Below are positions 31,231 to 42,228 of a stretch of DNA of 64,000 nucleotides, piece after piece. Positions within the stretch are counted from its first letter, which is position 1; every line of letters starts with the position of its first letter. This DNA comes from Candidatus Bathyarchaeota archaeon (GTDB lineage Archaea > Thermoproteota > Bathyarchaeia > Bathyarchaeales > Bathycorpusculaceae). Under the pieces are notes generated by a model, which saw only the letters and a list, made by a program, of their open reading frames with translations, made no database searches and was not told where the DNA came from. The DNA lies in assembly GCA_963772455.1 (NCBI GenBank), contig CAVYXJ010000007.1, positions 192,001 to 256,000 of the forward strand, written 5' to 3'. The position numbers were made by a program, and so were the translations under genes.

Positions 31231-32463
31231 TTAGGCTTTTTTTGCCTTTGGTTTCTTGCTAGCTTTCTTCAGGGTGTTGTACATTCTTGTTTGTAATCCC
31301 CAGAGTTCGATGAAGCCTTTAGAGTAGGATTGGTTAAAGCTGGTTTTGATGTTGTAGTTTGCCAAGTTTTTGTCGTAGAGCGAGTTTGGAGAGGAGCGCC
31401 CGATAATTTGTAGGCTGCCTTTGTAAAGTTTCAGCTTGACTTCGCCGGTGACGTTTTCTTGGGATTTGTTGATGAATGCGTCTAAGTCATCTTTGAGTGG
31501 GTCAACCCACAAACCTGCGTAAGCAAGAAATACCCATTCGGCATCGATTTGCTGCTTGAACAACACTTCATGTCGAGTCATGACCATCTTCTCGAGGTCT
31601 TTGTGGGCTTCGAGAATAACGGTGGCTGCTGGGCACTCGTAGACTTCACGTGATTTTATGCCGACTAAACGGTCTTCAATATGGTCGATGCGCCCAACAC
31701 CGTTCTTGCCAGCAATCTTGTTAACTTCTTCAATGAGCTCCAATGGCATCATGCTTTTACCATTAACCCCAACCGGAACTCCAACCTCAAACTGTATAGT
31801 AACAATTTCAGGTGTGTTAGGAGCTTTTTCTGGTGAAGTTGTCCACTCATAAGCGTCTTCTGGCGGCGCTTGACTTGCATCTTCAAGTAAACCGCATTCA
31901 ATAGCTCTTCCCCATACGCTCGCGTCGATACTATATTTTTTAGCAGCATTCGAAACGGGGATTCCTTTAGTTTTGGCGTAAGCTATTTCTTCGTCTCGTG
32001 TCATACCCCACTCTCGAATAGGAGCAATAATTTTCATCTCAGGCGCTAAAGAGCCTAATGTTACATCGAATCGCACTTGATCGTTGCCTCTTCCCGTACA
32101 ACCATGCGCTAAACCTGTTGCGCCTTCTTTTTCAGCGATTTCAACCATTTTTTTAGCAATTAATGGTCTGGACAAACTTGTGCTAATAGGATATTTTCCT
32201 TCGTAGAGCGCGTTAGCCTTTATCGCTGGGAAAATGTAGTCTTTGGCAAACTCGTCTTTGGCATCTATTGAGAAATGTTTGAAAACGCCGAGTTTCTTGG
32301 CTTTCTCCTCAGCGGCTTTGATATCTTCTTGTTGGCCAACATCTACTGTTACTGTGATTACTTGTGCATTATACTTTTCTTGGAGATATTTTATTAACAC
32401 GGATGTGTCTAATCCGCCTGAGTAAGCTAAGACAAATTTATCGGTTATGTGTTGCTCCCTCAT
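31231..32463 (-). CDS. argG: Argininosuccinate synthase
   Basis: LAYSGGLDTS, HGCTGRGNDQVRF, GIKSREVYE. Confidence 0.98.
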   Translation of the reverse strand: MREQHITDKFVLAYSGGLDTSVLIKYLQEKYNAQVITVTVDVGQQEDIKAAEEKAKKLGVFKHFSIDAKDEFAKDYIFPAIKANALYEGKYPISTSLSRPLIAKKMVEIAEKEGATGLAHGCTGRGNDQVRFDVTLGSLAPEMKIIAPIREWGMTRDEEIAYAKTKGIPVSNAAKKYSIDASVWGRAIECGLLEDASQAPPEDAYEWTTSPEKAPNTPEIVTIQFEVGVPVGVNGKSMMPLELIEEVNKIAGKNGVGRIDHIEDRLVGIKSREVYECPAATVILEAHKDLEKMVMTRHEVLFKQQIDAEWVFLAYAGLWVDPLKDDLDAFINKSQENVTGEVKLKLYKGSLQIIGRSSPNSLYDKNLANYNIKTSFNQSYSKGFIELWGLQTRMYNTLKKASKKPKAKKA

Positions 32464-32514
32464 TTTTATTCTAAATTTATTCCAACAACCTTGAGGGCTG
32501 TATTTTTAAACCTT

Positions 32515-32530
32515 GTGACTTTTTTGTCAC
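32515..32530. promoter_or_regulatory. GTGAC-N6-GTCAC palindrome between divergent TATA boxes
   Basis: Flanked by TTTAAAAA on the minus strand (argG) and TTTAAAT on the plus strand (ACT protein). Confidence 0.5.
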
Positions 32531-32573
32531 TTAACAAGCTTTAAATGTCCCATTTGATACATTCACACAAGCC

Positions 32574-33152
32574 ATGACAGTAGCTCAAAATGTAAGAAAT
32601 CACTTGCGAAACAAACCATATCTACTCGAAGCTTTAGAAAAAGGTATAGTCAATCTAAGCGAGCTCTCACGACAAATCCAGAAAGAACTAAAAACCAATG
32701 ATACAAGCGCCATAAAAGCCGCCCTACGTCGCTATTCTGAGGAGTTGCAAAAACACAAACAAAAAAGAGAAGAAAAAGTTCTCCAACTTCTAAAACGCAG
32801 CAATATTGCTGTTTATGACCGAAAATCTGTAATGATAACTGCTAAAGAATTGCCTACACAAACAGGTATGAAAGTAGATTTAATGGGTAAATTCGTTTAC
32901 TTACTTGATCGAAGCGATTTACCTGAACGCATAAGCACCTTAGTTAAACATGATAATTGTACGATGATTGTTGTGCATTCTCCGGAAGAACTGGAAGCTA
33001 CACCAGGAGTTGTCGCGTTTCTTGCGACCCTTCTTGCTGAACAGAATGTGAACATTATCGAGTTCATTTCATGCTGGACAGAAACAATCATGGTGGTTGA
33101 AAAGAAGGACAGCCTCAAGACCTACGAGGTTTTATCTAATTTAGTGGGTTAA
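32574..33152 (+). CDS. ACT-domain protein, putative amino-acid-responsive regulator
   Basis: Helical N-terminus (VNLSELSRQI...AIKAALRRY) plus C-terminal ACT-like TPGVVAFLATLLAEQNVNIIEFIS. Confidence 0.75.
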   Translation: MTVAQNVRNHLRNKPYLLEALEKGIVNLSELSRQIQKELKTNDTSAIKAALRRYSEELQKHKQKREEKVLQLLKRSNIAVYDRKSVMITAKELPTQTGMKVDLMGKFVYLLDRSDLPERISTLVKHDNCTMIVVHSPEELEATPGVVAFLATLLAEQNVNIIEFISCWTETIMVVEKKDSLKTYEVLSNLVG

Positions 33153-33235
33153 TATTTAGCAAGATAGGGCAAAATTAATAATGTTACAATCAAAATAGGA
33201 GCGCATTATTCGCTTGTCAAATGGAGTGTAAATAG

Positions 33236-34468
33236 ATGACGCATCAAGAATGCATAAACTGCAAAACAACTTACGATATAGATGAGATTGTTTACTTCTG
33301 CAAAAAATGTGGAGACATCTTAGAAATAAAGTTTGATTTCAAAGAGTTAGCTGATACACTCAAAGAAAGCAGTTGGTTGAGCAAACCACTCTCTGTTTGG
33401 CGTTACCGAGACTTCATGCCTATCCACGAATCAACAAAAATAGTAACCTTAGACGAAGGAGGCACTGGTTTGCACCACTCGGAACGTTTAGGCACCGAGT
33501 TAGGACTAAAAAACCTCTTCGTCAAAAATGAAGGTGAAAATCCCACAGGCAGCTTCAAAGACCGCGGCATGACCGTAGGTGTTACCAAAGCAGTTGAATT
33601 AGGCGCAAGACATGTCATCTGTGCTTCAACAGGAAATACCAGCGCCAGTTTAGCCGCATACGCTGCAAGAGCAGGAATAAAATGCACGGTCCTAATTCCA
33701 TCAGGCAAAATTGCTTACGGCAAACTATCACAAGCCATGATTCACGGCGCCAAAGTCCTCCAAGTTAAAGGTAACTTTGATGAAGCTTTAGAATTCGTAC
33801 TCAAGCTCGCAGAGAAACACAAGAACATTTACCTTTTAAATTCTATTAACCCGTTCCGTATTGAAGGGCAAAAATCATTAGGATACGAAATCTGTGAACA
33901 ACTCAACAACAATGCTCCAGACCGAATTATTGTTCCAGTTGGAAACGCTGGAAACATAAGTGCAATATGGAAAGGTTTGTCCGAATTTTACCAGCTTGGT
34001 TACATAAAGAAACTTCCAAAAATGACCGGGATACAAGCCTCTGGCTCTGCACCAATCGCTCAAGCCATAAAAGCCAACAGCGATAAAATTGTTCCAGTTG
34101 CAAACCCTGAAACTGTAGCCACAGCCATTCGTATCGGTGCACCGGTAAGCTGGAAAAAAGCCATGAACGCTATCCGTGAATCAAAAGGAACTGCAGAAAC
34201 TGTAACTGATGAAGAAATCTTAGATGCCCAAAAAATATTGGCGCGGATTGAAGGAATTTTCGTAGAACCAGCAAGTGCCTCATCGATTGCGGGACTTACG
34301 AAGCTCGTTAACAGTGGCGTAATTGACAAAGATGAGCGCGTTGTATGTGTTACAACTGGACATGGACTCAAAGACCCAGATACAGCAGTTAAAATGAGTG
34401 AGAAACCAATTGAAGTTGATGCAGACATCTCAGCCATTGAAAATGCGTTGGGATTAAAAAACAAGTAA
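33236..34468 (+). CDS. thrC: Threonine synthase
   Basis: N-terminal CxxC pairs, NPTGSFKDRG, ASTGNTSAS, PVGNAGN, TGHGLKDP. Confidence 0.96.
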   Translation: MTHQECINCKTTYDIDEIVYFCKKCGDILEIKFDFKELADTLKESSWLSKPLSVWRYRDFMPIHESTKIVTLDEGGTGLHHSERLGTELGLKNLFVKNEGENPTGSFKDRGMTVGVTKAVELGARHVICASTGNTSASLAAYAARAGIKCTVLIPSGKIAYGKLSQAMIHGAKVLQVKGNFDEALEFVLKLAEKHKNIYLLNSINPFRIEGQKSLGYEICEQLNNNAPDRIIVPVGNAGNISAIWKGLSEFYQLGYIKKLPKMTGIQASGSAPIAQAIKANSDKIVPVANPETVATAIRIGAPVSWKKAMNAIRESKGTAETVTDEEILDAQKILARIEGIFVEPASASSIAGLTKLVNSGVIDKDERVVCVTTGHGLKDPDTAVKMSEKPIEVDADISAIENALGLKNK

Positions 34469-34490
34469 TTCTTGCACGGTGAATTAGATA

Positions 34491-35524
34491 ATGAGGATTA
34501 TTTTAGTTGGTTATGGTAGTAGTTGGAAAAGGCGTAACAACTATTCTTGCTCGCAGATACTCAGAAAATCTTAAAGATACTGGATTTAATCCGAAAATCG
34601 TTGCAATCGCTGATATCGATGGTGCAGTAATAAACCCAAGAGGCTTAAGTCCAGAAAAACTTGGAGACAATAAAGCAACGTGGTTATCCGATATCTAAAG
34701 ATCCTGACTTTGGTCGTCCCGGAATTTCAGCTTTGGATGTAATCGAGTCGGTTGAGGCAGAAGTGGTTGTTGAAGTAACTCCTGTTAACATCAAAACTGG
34801 TGAACCGGCATTATCACACATTACGAAAGCGTTCAAAACAGGCAAACATGTTGTTACAACCAACAAAGGACCCTTAGCTTTGGCAATGCCAGCGCTAACA
34901 GAACTCGCAGAATACAACAACGTTTACTTTAGGTTCAGCGGCACAGTCGGTGGGGGAACACCCATGCTAGAGTTCGCTAAACGATGCCTTGCAGGAGACA
35001 GAATCTTAGCAATACGCGGCATATTGAATGGCACAACAAACTATATTCTAACTGAAATGTCTCAAAACCACGTAACCTTCCAAGACGCACTTTCAAATGC
35101 CCAGAAACTTGGTTACGCAGAAAGAGAGCCATCGATGGATATTGATGGTTTTGATACTGCCTGTAAAGTAGTAATTTTATCGAATTGGATAATGAACAAG
35201 AAAATAACACTTAAAAGACGTGGATAGAACAGGGATCCGTGACGTAACTTTGCAAGCACTTGAAGAAGCCGCAAAAAGAAATAGTACAATTAAACTTATA
35301 GGTTCAATCGAAGCCAAGCAAAATAACTGTTAAACCTACAGAAATACTGTTGACCAACCCTCTTATGCGTCAGTGGAGTTTTAAACGCCATAACTTTTTC
35401 AACTGAATATGCAGCAGAACAAACGCTTATCGGCAGAGGTGCAGGCGGAATCGAAACTGCCAGTGCAGTTTTAAGGGACCTTTTAGATATAAGACGTAAG
35501 TTAGCAACCAAATTACTAAACTGA
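34491..35524 (+). CDS. hom: Homoserine dehydrogenase (about five frameshifts)
   Basis: MRIILVGYG.VGKG, TTNKGP, GILNGTTNYIL, GRGAGGIETASAV found in successive frames. Confidence 0.9.
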
Positions 35525-35533
35525 CCAAAAGGA

Positions 35534-36952
35534 TTGAGTAAAATGAAGATTGTGATGAAGTTCGGTGGAACAAGTGTAGGCACAGGCAAAAACATACGCC
35601 ACGTAGCTGATTCAGTAATTCAATATGCTAAGAAAGATTACAAAGTAGCTGTTGTTGTTTCAGCATTAGCAGGCGTTACTAATAGTTTGCTTGAAGTTGC
35701 TTGCCAAGCTAAGAAAAGTGATGAAAAACAGATCGATTCTTTTACAAAAGAACTGCTAAAGAAGCATGTAGAAGCAATCTCAGCTGCTATTTCAAACAAA
35801 GAAATCCAAAAAGAAGTTATTCAAATCACAGAAAAAACGATCTCTGAATTGGAAAAAGTTTTAACAGGCATATGCTATGTTGGTGAACTAACACCAAAAT
35901 CTAAAGACTACGTTGCCTCTTTTGGAGAACGGTTATCTGCACCAATTGTATCAGGTGCGATAAGAGACCACAAATTTGAGTCTCAATGCTTCACAGGCAA
36001 AGAAGCAGGGATAGTCACGGATTCTAATTTTGGCGAAGCTAACCCACTTATGAATTACACCACTCACCTTATACGTGAAAGAATAGGGCCTATGTTTGAA
36101 AAAGGTACAATTCCAGTGGTTACAGGGTTTATTGCTGCCAATCAAGATGGCATAATGACAACAGTCGGTAGAGGTGGCTCAGACTACACTGCAACAATAC
36201 TTGGCGTAGCACTTCAGGTAGACGAGGTTTGGATCTGGACCGATGTTGATGGAATAATGACTACTGACCCCAAAATCGTTCCATCGGCAAGGATGCTACC
36301 ACAGCTGAGTTATCAGGAAGCAGCTGAAATGGCGATTTTCGGCGCCAAAGCCATGCACCCACGAGCATTGGGGCCTGTCATCAAAGAAAATATTCCAGTC
36401 CGGATTCGAAACACGGCACACCCCGAAAATATGGGGACACTTATAACTAAAGAATCAGCCACAAACGAAACCAAACCCGTGAAAGCTGTAGCCATGATCA
36501 AAGACGTTGCCATGCTCAACGTAAACGGAGCGGCAATGGTAGGTGCACCAGGCAGCTACGCCAAAGTCTTCGACGTACTAGGCAAAAACGGCATCAACGT
36601 AATGATGATATCTACTGCCGTTTCCGAAGCTAACATCTCAATTATTATCAAAAGGGCACTTCTAGGCCGAGCTATAAGCAACCTGGAAATCGCACTTCTA
36701 GAGCGGGGAGGAGTAGTGAGTGAAGTTACCGCAGAAGACGATGTCGCAGTCATCGCGGTCATGGGCGCAAACATGAAGGGCACATTGGGTGTTGCATCAC
36801 ACATTTTCAATATAGTAGCCAAAGCAGGCATAAACATCCGCATGATCGCACAAGGCAGCTCCGAACTCAACATTTCCTTTGTTGTAAAAGAGAAAGACGG
36901 GGTCGACGTAGTCCGAGCAATTCACAACGAATTCAACCTTGATAAAGCTTAA
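35534..36952 (+). CDS. lysC: Aspartate kinase with two ACT domains
   Basis: MKFGGTSVG, SFGERLS, GRGGSDYTA, TDVDG, QGSSE. Confidence 0.95.
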   Translation: MSKMKIVMKFGGTSVGTGKNIRHVADSVIQYAKKDYKVAVVVSALAGVTNSLLEVACQAKKSDEKQIDSFTKELLKKHVEAISAAISNKEIQKEVIQITEKTISELEKVLTGICYVGELTPKSKDYVASFGERLSAPIVSGAIRDHKFESQCFTGKEAGIVTDSNFGEANPLMNYTTHLIRERIGPMFEKGTIPVVTGFIAANQDGIMTTVGRGGSDYTATILGVALQVDEVWIWTDVDGIMTTDPKIVPSARMLPQLSYQEAAEMAIFGAKAMHPRALGPVIKENIPVRIRNTAHPENMGTLITKESATNETKPVKAVAMIKDVAMLNVNGAAMVGAPGSYAKVFDVLGKNGINVMMISTAVSEANISIIIKRALLGRAISNLEIALLERGGVVSEVTAEDDVAVIAVMGANMKGTLGVASHIFNIVAKAGINIRMIAQGSSELNISFVVKEKDGVDVVRAIHNEFNLDKA

Positions 36953-36985
36953 TTCCATTTTCCCACCATTTTTCGATTTGGGATT

Positions 36986-37556
36986 ATGATTAAACTTGAA
37001 CTCGATTTGGAAACTATACATAAGCTAAAGGAGTTAATTGGAAAAAACCAATATGATTTCTTAGGTTTCACCCTTGACTTAGACAAGAGTACAATAACTG
37101 ATAACTTCGGAAGAAACCTAAACGAATGGGTCTTCCAGATTCTAACAACACTTCTCCGCCATTACTCAAGGGCTAACCCAATAATTCCAACAGGAACGCT
37201 AGTCAAGTACAAGCATATCCCTGGCGGTTATGCATATGAAGAGGCTTTTACAAAACGCGCCATTGAACCCATCGCCGAGTTTTTCGGAGAAAAACTAAAG
37301 GAAAGTCTAAAAGCCGCAACTCTACTTGGTGGAAACAGCTTAGCATTCGGAGATGTCTCTTTTGAAATTCAAGCGCTAAAGGGCATTCCTTTAACATACA
37401 TTCTATGGGGTAAAGAAGAGTTTCCGGCATCTGCAAACATTTTTTATGATGCTTCAGCAAGCAATTATTTACCAACGGAAGATCTAGCGAGTACTTGGTG
37501 AATTATGTAGTCTGCGTCTAATAGAAGCAACCGAACAGTTTTCTAGTACTTGCTAA
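36986..37556 (+). CDS. DUF3786-like protein (C-terminal frameshift)
   Basis: IPGGYAY..AF, EEFPASANIFYD, YLPTEDL. Confidence 0.75.
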
Positions 37557-37756
37557 ATAAAATCTCGTTCAAGAAATAGTGGGATAATCTATTCCCAAAT
37601 AGTAGACATAATAAATAACTCGTTGATTGAAAATGAGTACAAATACGATTCTTCATCAACCCCTTCGATGAGAATGGCAATTTTGAAAAAAATTTTTAGA
37701 ATTTATTTTTATATAATGTCAACGAATATTTTGGAAATAATAAATGATTTGAATAG

Positions 37757-40408
37757 CTAAGGCGGTAGTGTCAGTGACATAAAAGTTGAGTATTCATCTT
37801 TGAATTTTTCCTTAAACCCTTTGTTTTCACAGAGGTTGAGCATCTTTGTATTTTCTGGGCTTACTTCGCTGTAGATTATTTCGAGTTTTAAGTCTTTACC
37901 TATGTCTATGATATAGTCCATAAGCTTTGAGCCTAGACCTAGTCCATGCCAAGAATCACCAACTGTTATTGCGAATTCTCCCTTCTTTGCTTCAGAATCT
38001 AGAATTAATCTAACAACTCCAATAAGGCTGGCATCATTAAGTTGGGCAACTATGGCGATTTCTCGATCATAGTCAAGGTTACAGTATCTTGACAATGTGT
38101 CATGAGACATCTCCTTTATAGTTTCAAAAAACCTGAATCGCACACTCTGAATAGAAAGTGATTTGAAGAGTGCATTGAAACGGTTTTCATCTTCAGGCTT
38201 GATTGGTCGAAGTGTTACTCTTACTCCATTTTTTAAGGTATGCTGTGTAATGTATTTTTTCGGATAGGGAGCGATAACAAGGTTTTCTGGGTGTTCATAG
38301 CCTTGACTGCAAAAACCATGTGGAGTCTATCGATATTTCAGCATCAACCGCAATGACCTTGTTATCATTAACAATAATGGGGTTTATGTCAATTTTTCTT
38401 ATTTCTGGAAAATCAACCACAAGTTGAGAAAACCGAATAATCATTTCTTCTATTAGTCCAGTTTCAAACTTTGTGCATGCGTCTTTGCAGTATTGTAATG
38501 CTTTGGTGTTTTCCATAATTTGCCGGGCAAGAACCTGATTTAGGGGTGGGAAACCTACACTTAGTTCCCTATCTTTTTCAATCAAAGTGCCTCCTGTGCC
38601 CAAACATATTATTGAGCCAAACTTGGAGTCTTTTCTTGATCCCAAAAACAAGCGACATGGAGAATTAAGGACTCTAGTCTGAATTGCAACTCCTTGGAAA
38701 TCTCGTGCCGAAATCTTTATGCGCATTTAGAACTTGACCAAAGTGAAAACGAAGTTGCTCGGGAGAAAAAACATCAAAGGTTGAGCCGTGGAGTTCGTTT
38801 TTTTGACTTTGATGGAGACTTAGATTTTTTATTATTACAGGGTATCCGAGTTTAGAGGCAATAGCTATGGATTCTTCAACGGTTTTACAGACAAAAGTTT
38901 TAACGGTGGGGATTTTATATGCTTCCAGAATTTGGAATGATTCTAGTAGATTTAGTTTTTCTCTGCCTTCGCTAAAAGCTTGGCGGAAAATACATTTGAG
39001 ATGTGTAGGGGCATCTTGGTCTACGAGGATTTCTTCAGGTGTTTGATAAAGCAACTCTAGGTTTTGTGTGCGAGCGTAGATATTCATGAATGTCCTCACG
39101 GCTTCCTGAGGGTTTTTGAACGCTGGAACGTCGTTTTTATGCAGGGTTCTTCTTGCTTCTTGGCATTGAGGATCTTCCCCCATCAGGCAAACAAGAATAT
39201 TTTTTCTTGTTTGTTTTGCTGAGTCAACGATTAAATCTGCTAAACTATTAGGGTTTGCTAATCCTGTAGGTGCATAAATCACAAGTAGACTGCTGTTTGC
39301 TTTGTCACCGATGCAGGTTTGAATCACTTTTTGGTATCTTTCGGGTGTTGCCTCTTCCAGAAGATCGATTGGATTGGTTAAGCTACAATAGTATGGCAAT
39401 ACGTTTCTTAATGCTTGAATTGTTTCGTCGCTTATTTCTGCTAGTTTACCTCCTCGCCTGTTAATCTGGTCCAAAGCCATCAAAGCTGGACCGGTTGCAT
39501 TTGTGATTATTGTTAGTTCTGGATTAGTTGGGCTTGGCTGCATCGACAAGGTTTTAGCACAATCAAAAAGTCCGTTAATGGTCTCAACTCTTACAACCCC
39601 GCTTCTTCTAAATGCTGCATCATGAATTTTTTCTTTTATTAAAATTGTGTCTGAGTCTGCAATACTTAGGTTCTCGTCATTCTGTTAGGTTTAACTATGA
39701 TGATGGGTTTGTTCTTAGCATAGCCTCTTGCGGCACTTATGAAATGTTCTTGCGTTTTTTATAGACTCAACATACACCATAATAATTCGGGTTAGGGGGT
39801 CATTACCGAAATACTCAATCAATTCGCCAAGGTCGACATCGATAGTTTGACCCATAGAGACAACAGCGCTTATTCCAACTTGAGTTTCTAAAGACCAATC
39901 CAACGCAGACCCACAAAATGCTCCACTTTGAGATATGAAAGCTATCTTGCCTGGAACCGCTTTCTTTTCTGCGAAGGTTGCATATAGGTTTGAGTTTGGT
40001 CTTATTATGCCAAAACTGTTTGGTCCTATTATCCTCATTCCGTAGGTTTTTTTGTACTCAAGAATCCTCCGTGAAAGCTCCAAACCCTGTTGTGTCGCAT
40101 TCGCTAAAACCGGCTGAAACAATTACTGCATTTAACACACCTGCTATTCCACATTCTTCTACAATCTGGGGGACTGTGTGGGCTGGAGTTGCTATAATGG
40201 CAAGATCTACTTTGGTTGGCACACGATCTATGTTTGGATATGCAGTAAGTCCCTGAACGGTTTGTCTAAAAGCGTTGACGGCAAAAATCTTTCCTTGATA
40301 AGCTCCGATTAAATTTCGTAGAATTCTGTTTCCTATGGAGTCAACTCTTTCGCTGGCTCCTATAACAGCTATTGCTTGTGGGCTGAAAAATCCTTTAAGA
40401 TTTCCCAT
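37757..40408 (-). CDS. ADP-forming acetate-CoA ligase / GNAT fusion (Pat-like protein acetyltransferase), several frameshifts
   Basis: AVIGASER CoA-binding domain, IIGPNS, ISQSGA, NPIDL, ATP-grasp DINP, then GNAT (LDYDREIAIVA, GLGSKLM). Confidence 0.85.
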
Positions 40409-40488
40409 AAATATTAATCCCTACCTGTTAGATGAAAATATTTTGGAAATAATTAGGTCAAAGGTTTCTCAGTTGCTCTTCATTCATC

Positions 40489-41091
40489 TTAAATTGTTCT
40501 TTTTGCGCCGCAATTTGGGCAAACAGTTAGTGTTTGATCCATTAAGCCTTGACAGTATCTGCACGGAATCATAACAACGGTGCGGATGACTTCTCTTTGC
40601 GCCGTAACCGCCTGAGCTTGAACAGTTGGAGCTATAACTTGGATCTCACATGTTTCTGTTGTCTTGTCAGGTCGACCGTCTACTGCAATTACACCTTTTA
40701 TTGTCCATGTGACTCTTCGATCTGCACCTGCATAAGATGGTCTTGAGCCTGCTGGAATGTTAACGTTGATTGGAGTGCTTCGGTTTTCGCCATTTGCAAA
40801 GTGTGTTGGTCCACAAAGCTGAGGTTTAGCACAGTAAATAATAACTGATTCATCAACCATTCGTGGAATTGATCTTTTCAGTGCGGCATCATAGACTTCC
40901 CGAATTACCTTAGCTTGTTCAATGCAAGCTATTTCACAGCGCACCTCTGTTGATTCAAAGTCCTCTTTTGAAATTACGTTAAGGTTTCCTTGTATGTTTT
41001 CTCCTAATGAAACTGAGTAATTTGAAAGTCGTAGTTGAACAGAAGCTTCTGGTGCAGTCAATTTGTTTGTGAATTTTTTGAGGAACCCCAC
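40489..41091 (-). CDS. Arrestin/SpoOM-like beta-sandwich protein with C-terminal zinc ribbon
   Basis: Beta-rich body ending WTIKGVIAVDGRPD; CRYC...CPNCG. Confidence 0.65.
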   Translation of the reverse strand: MGFLKKFTNKLTAPEASVQLRLSNYSVSLGENIQGNLNVISKEDFESTEVRCEIACIEQAKVIREVYDAALKRSIPRMVDESVIIYCAKPQLCGPTHFANGENRSTPINVNIPAGSRPSYAGADRRVTWTIKGVIAVDGRPDKTTETCEIQVIAPTVQAQAVTAQREVIRTVVMIPCRYCQGLMDQTLTVCPNCGAKRTI

Positions 41092-41254
41092 AGTAGTTAC
41101 ACCACTTATGTAATGAAACGTTTAATCGGTTATGCTTTTAAGATTTGTGACCAAATTCTTATTCTCGTAGTGTCATTATGAAGAAAAAACGTGAAATTTA
41201 CTAAAATATATTGGGATTGATTGTTAAAGAAAAAAAAGCTATTTTTTGTATAAT

Positions 41255-41635
41255 TTATTTTTCGCTTTGTTTTGTAATTAACCTTTCACGAACCGCGGCA
41301 ATGAGCTCTTCAGCTTTCACTGGCTTAACCAGAAAATCGTCCGCTCCATAATCGGCAGCTTTTCGTCCTAACTCATCACTAGAGAAACCTGTAATAATAA
41401 TTTTCACTGTCTCAGGGTTCTTCGTCAACTTGAGAAGCTCAGTTCCATCCATATCAGGTAGCTTCACATCAAATAAGTAAACGTTAAATTTTTTCTTTTT
41501 AATTCTTTCAAGTGCATCCTTACCGTTTTCAACAGCTTCAACCAAGTAGCCTTCTTTTTCAAGGATATTTTTGAAAACCTTCAAAATGCTTACATCGTCA
41601 TCTACAACAAGAATTTTCTTCTTTTCTTCGTTCAT
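41255..41635 (-). CDS. Stand-alone response-regulator receiver protein
   Basis: ILVVDDD, DVKLPDMDG, ITG, KP. Confidence 0.95.
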   Translation of the reverse strand: MNEEKKKILVVDDDVSILKVFKNILEKEGYLVEAVENGKDALERIKKKKFNVYLFDVKLPDMDGTELLKLTKNPETVKIIITGFSSDELGRKAADYGADDFLVKPVKAEELIAAVRERLITKQSEK

Positions 41636-42040
41636 TTTACTTCTCCTATCAAATTTTAAGACTTAAATGAAAACCCAATATTTCGGGGTTTTGAATTTCG
41701 AGAAATCTCCTAAATGAAACCTTACATGGATTAGCATTTGCTTTAGAAATTCATCTTTGTGCACATATTTATCATTGAAGATGCTACTGCACAATTTTTT
41801 CATCAAAAACCTACTTAAGTGTTCTCAAATTACTGTTTAAAGGTATGTGGCTGGCTTAACCCCACAACAATTTGTAAAAAACTTGTCAGATTTGATTAGC
41901 AATGTTTCTATACATAGAACTTCAGTTTTTCTAGAGGAAATAGGCGTAAGGTTCGAGTATTCAAGCAATGTTCCCCAAATCTGAGGCTGTAACAAAGGGT
42001 TTATTTAGTTACATTTAGGTTAAATTTGCAGGTGAAAAAA

Positions 42041-42127
42041 ATGGCAAAAACTATTTTTGGTTTCGAAGAAGAAGAGGAAGAAGATTGCGAAGATTGCGAT
42101 TGTGAAGACTGCGAAGACGAAGAATAA
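42041..42127 (+). CDS. 28-aa acidic Cys-rich micropeptide
   Basis: MAKTIFGFEEEEEEDCEDCDCEDCEDEE; TATA-like TTTATTTA near 42000, AGGTGA SD, T-rich tract after the stop. Confidence 0.75.
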   Translation: MAKTIFGFEEEEEEDCEDCDCEDCEDEE

Positions 42128-42228
42128 ACGTCCAAAAAACTTTTCTTTTTTTTGAACTATTATAATTTTTAAATACTGGCTTCAGTAAATATTACTAGAA
42201 ATAAGCATTAATTTTTGAGGCTGCAAAC

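Noticed and set aside
32464-32512. Search for an Arg-rich leader before argG
   Set aside because: The TATA box is about 40 nt from the ATG, leaving no room, and no uORF was seen.
33153-33235. Search for a Thr-rich leader before thrC
   Set aside because: Only MLQSK was found; no Thr codons and no hairpin.
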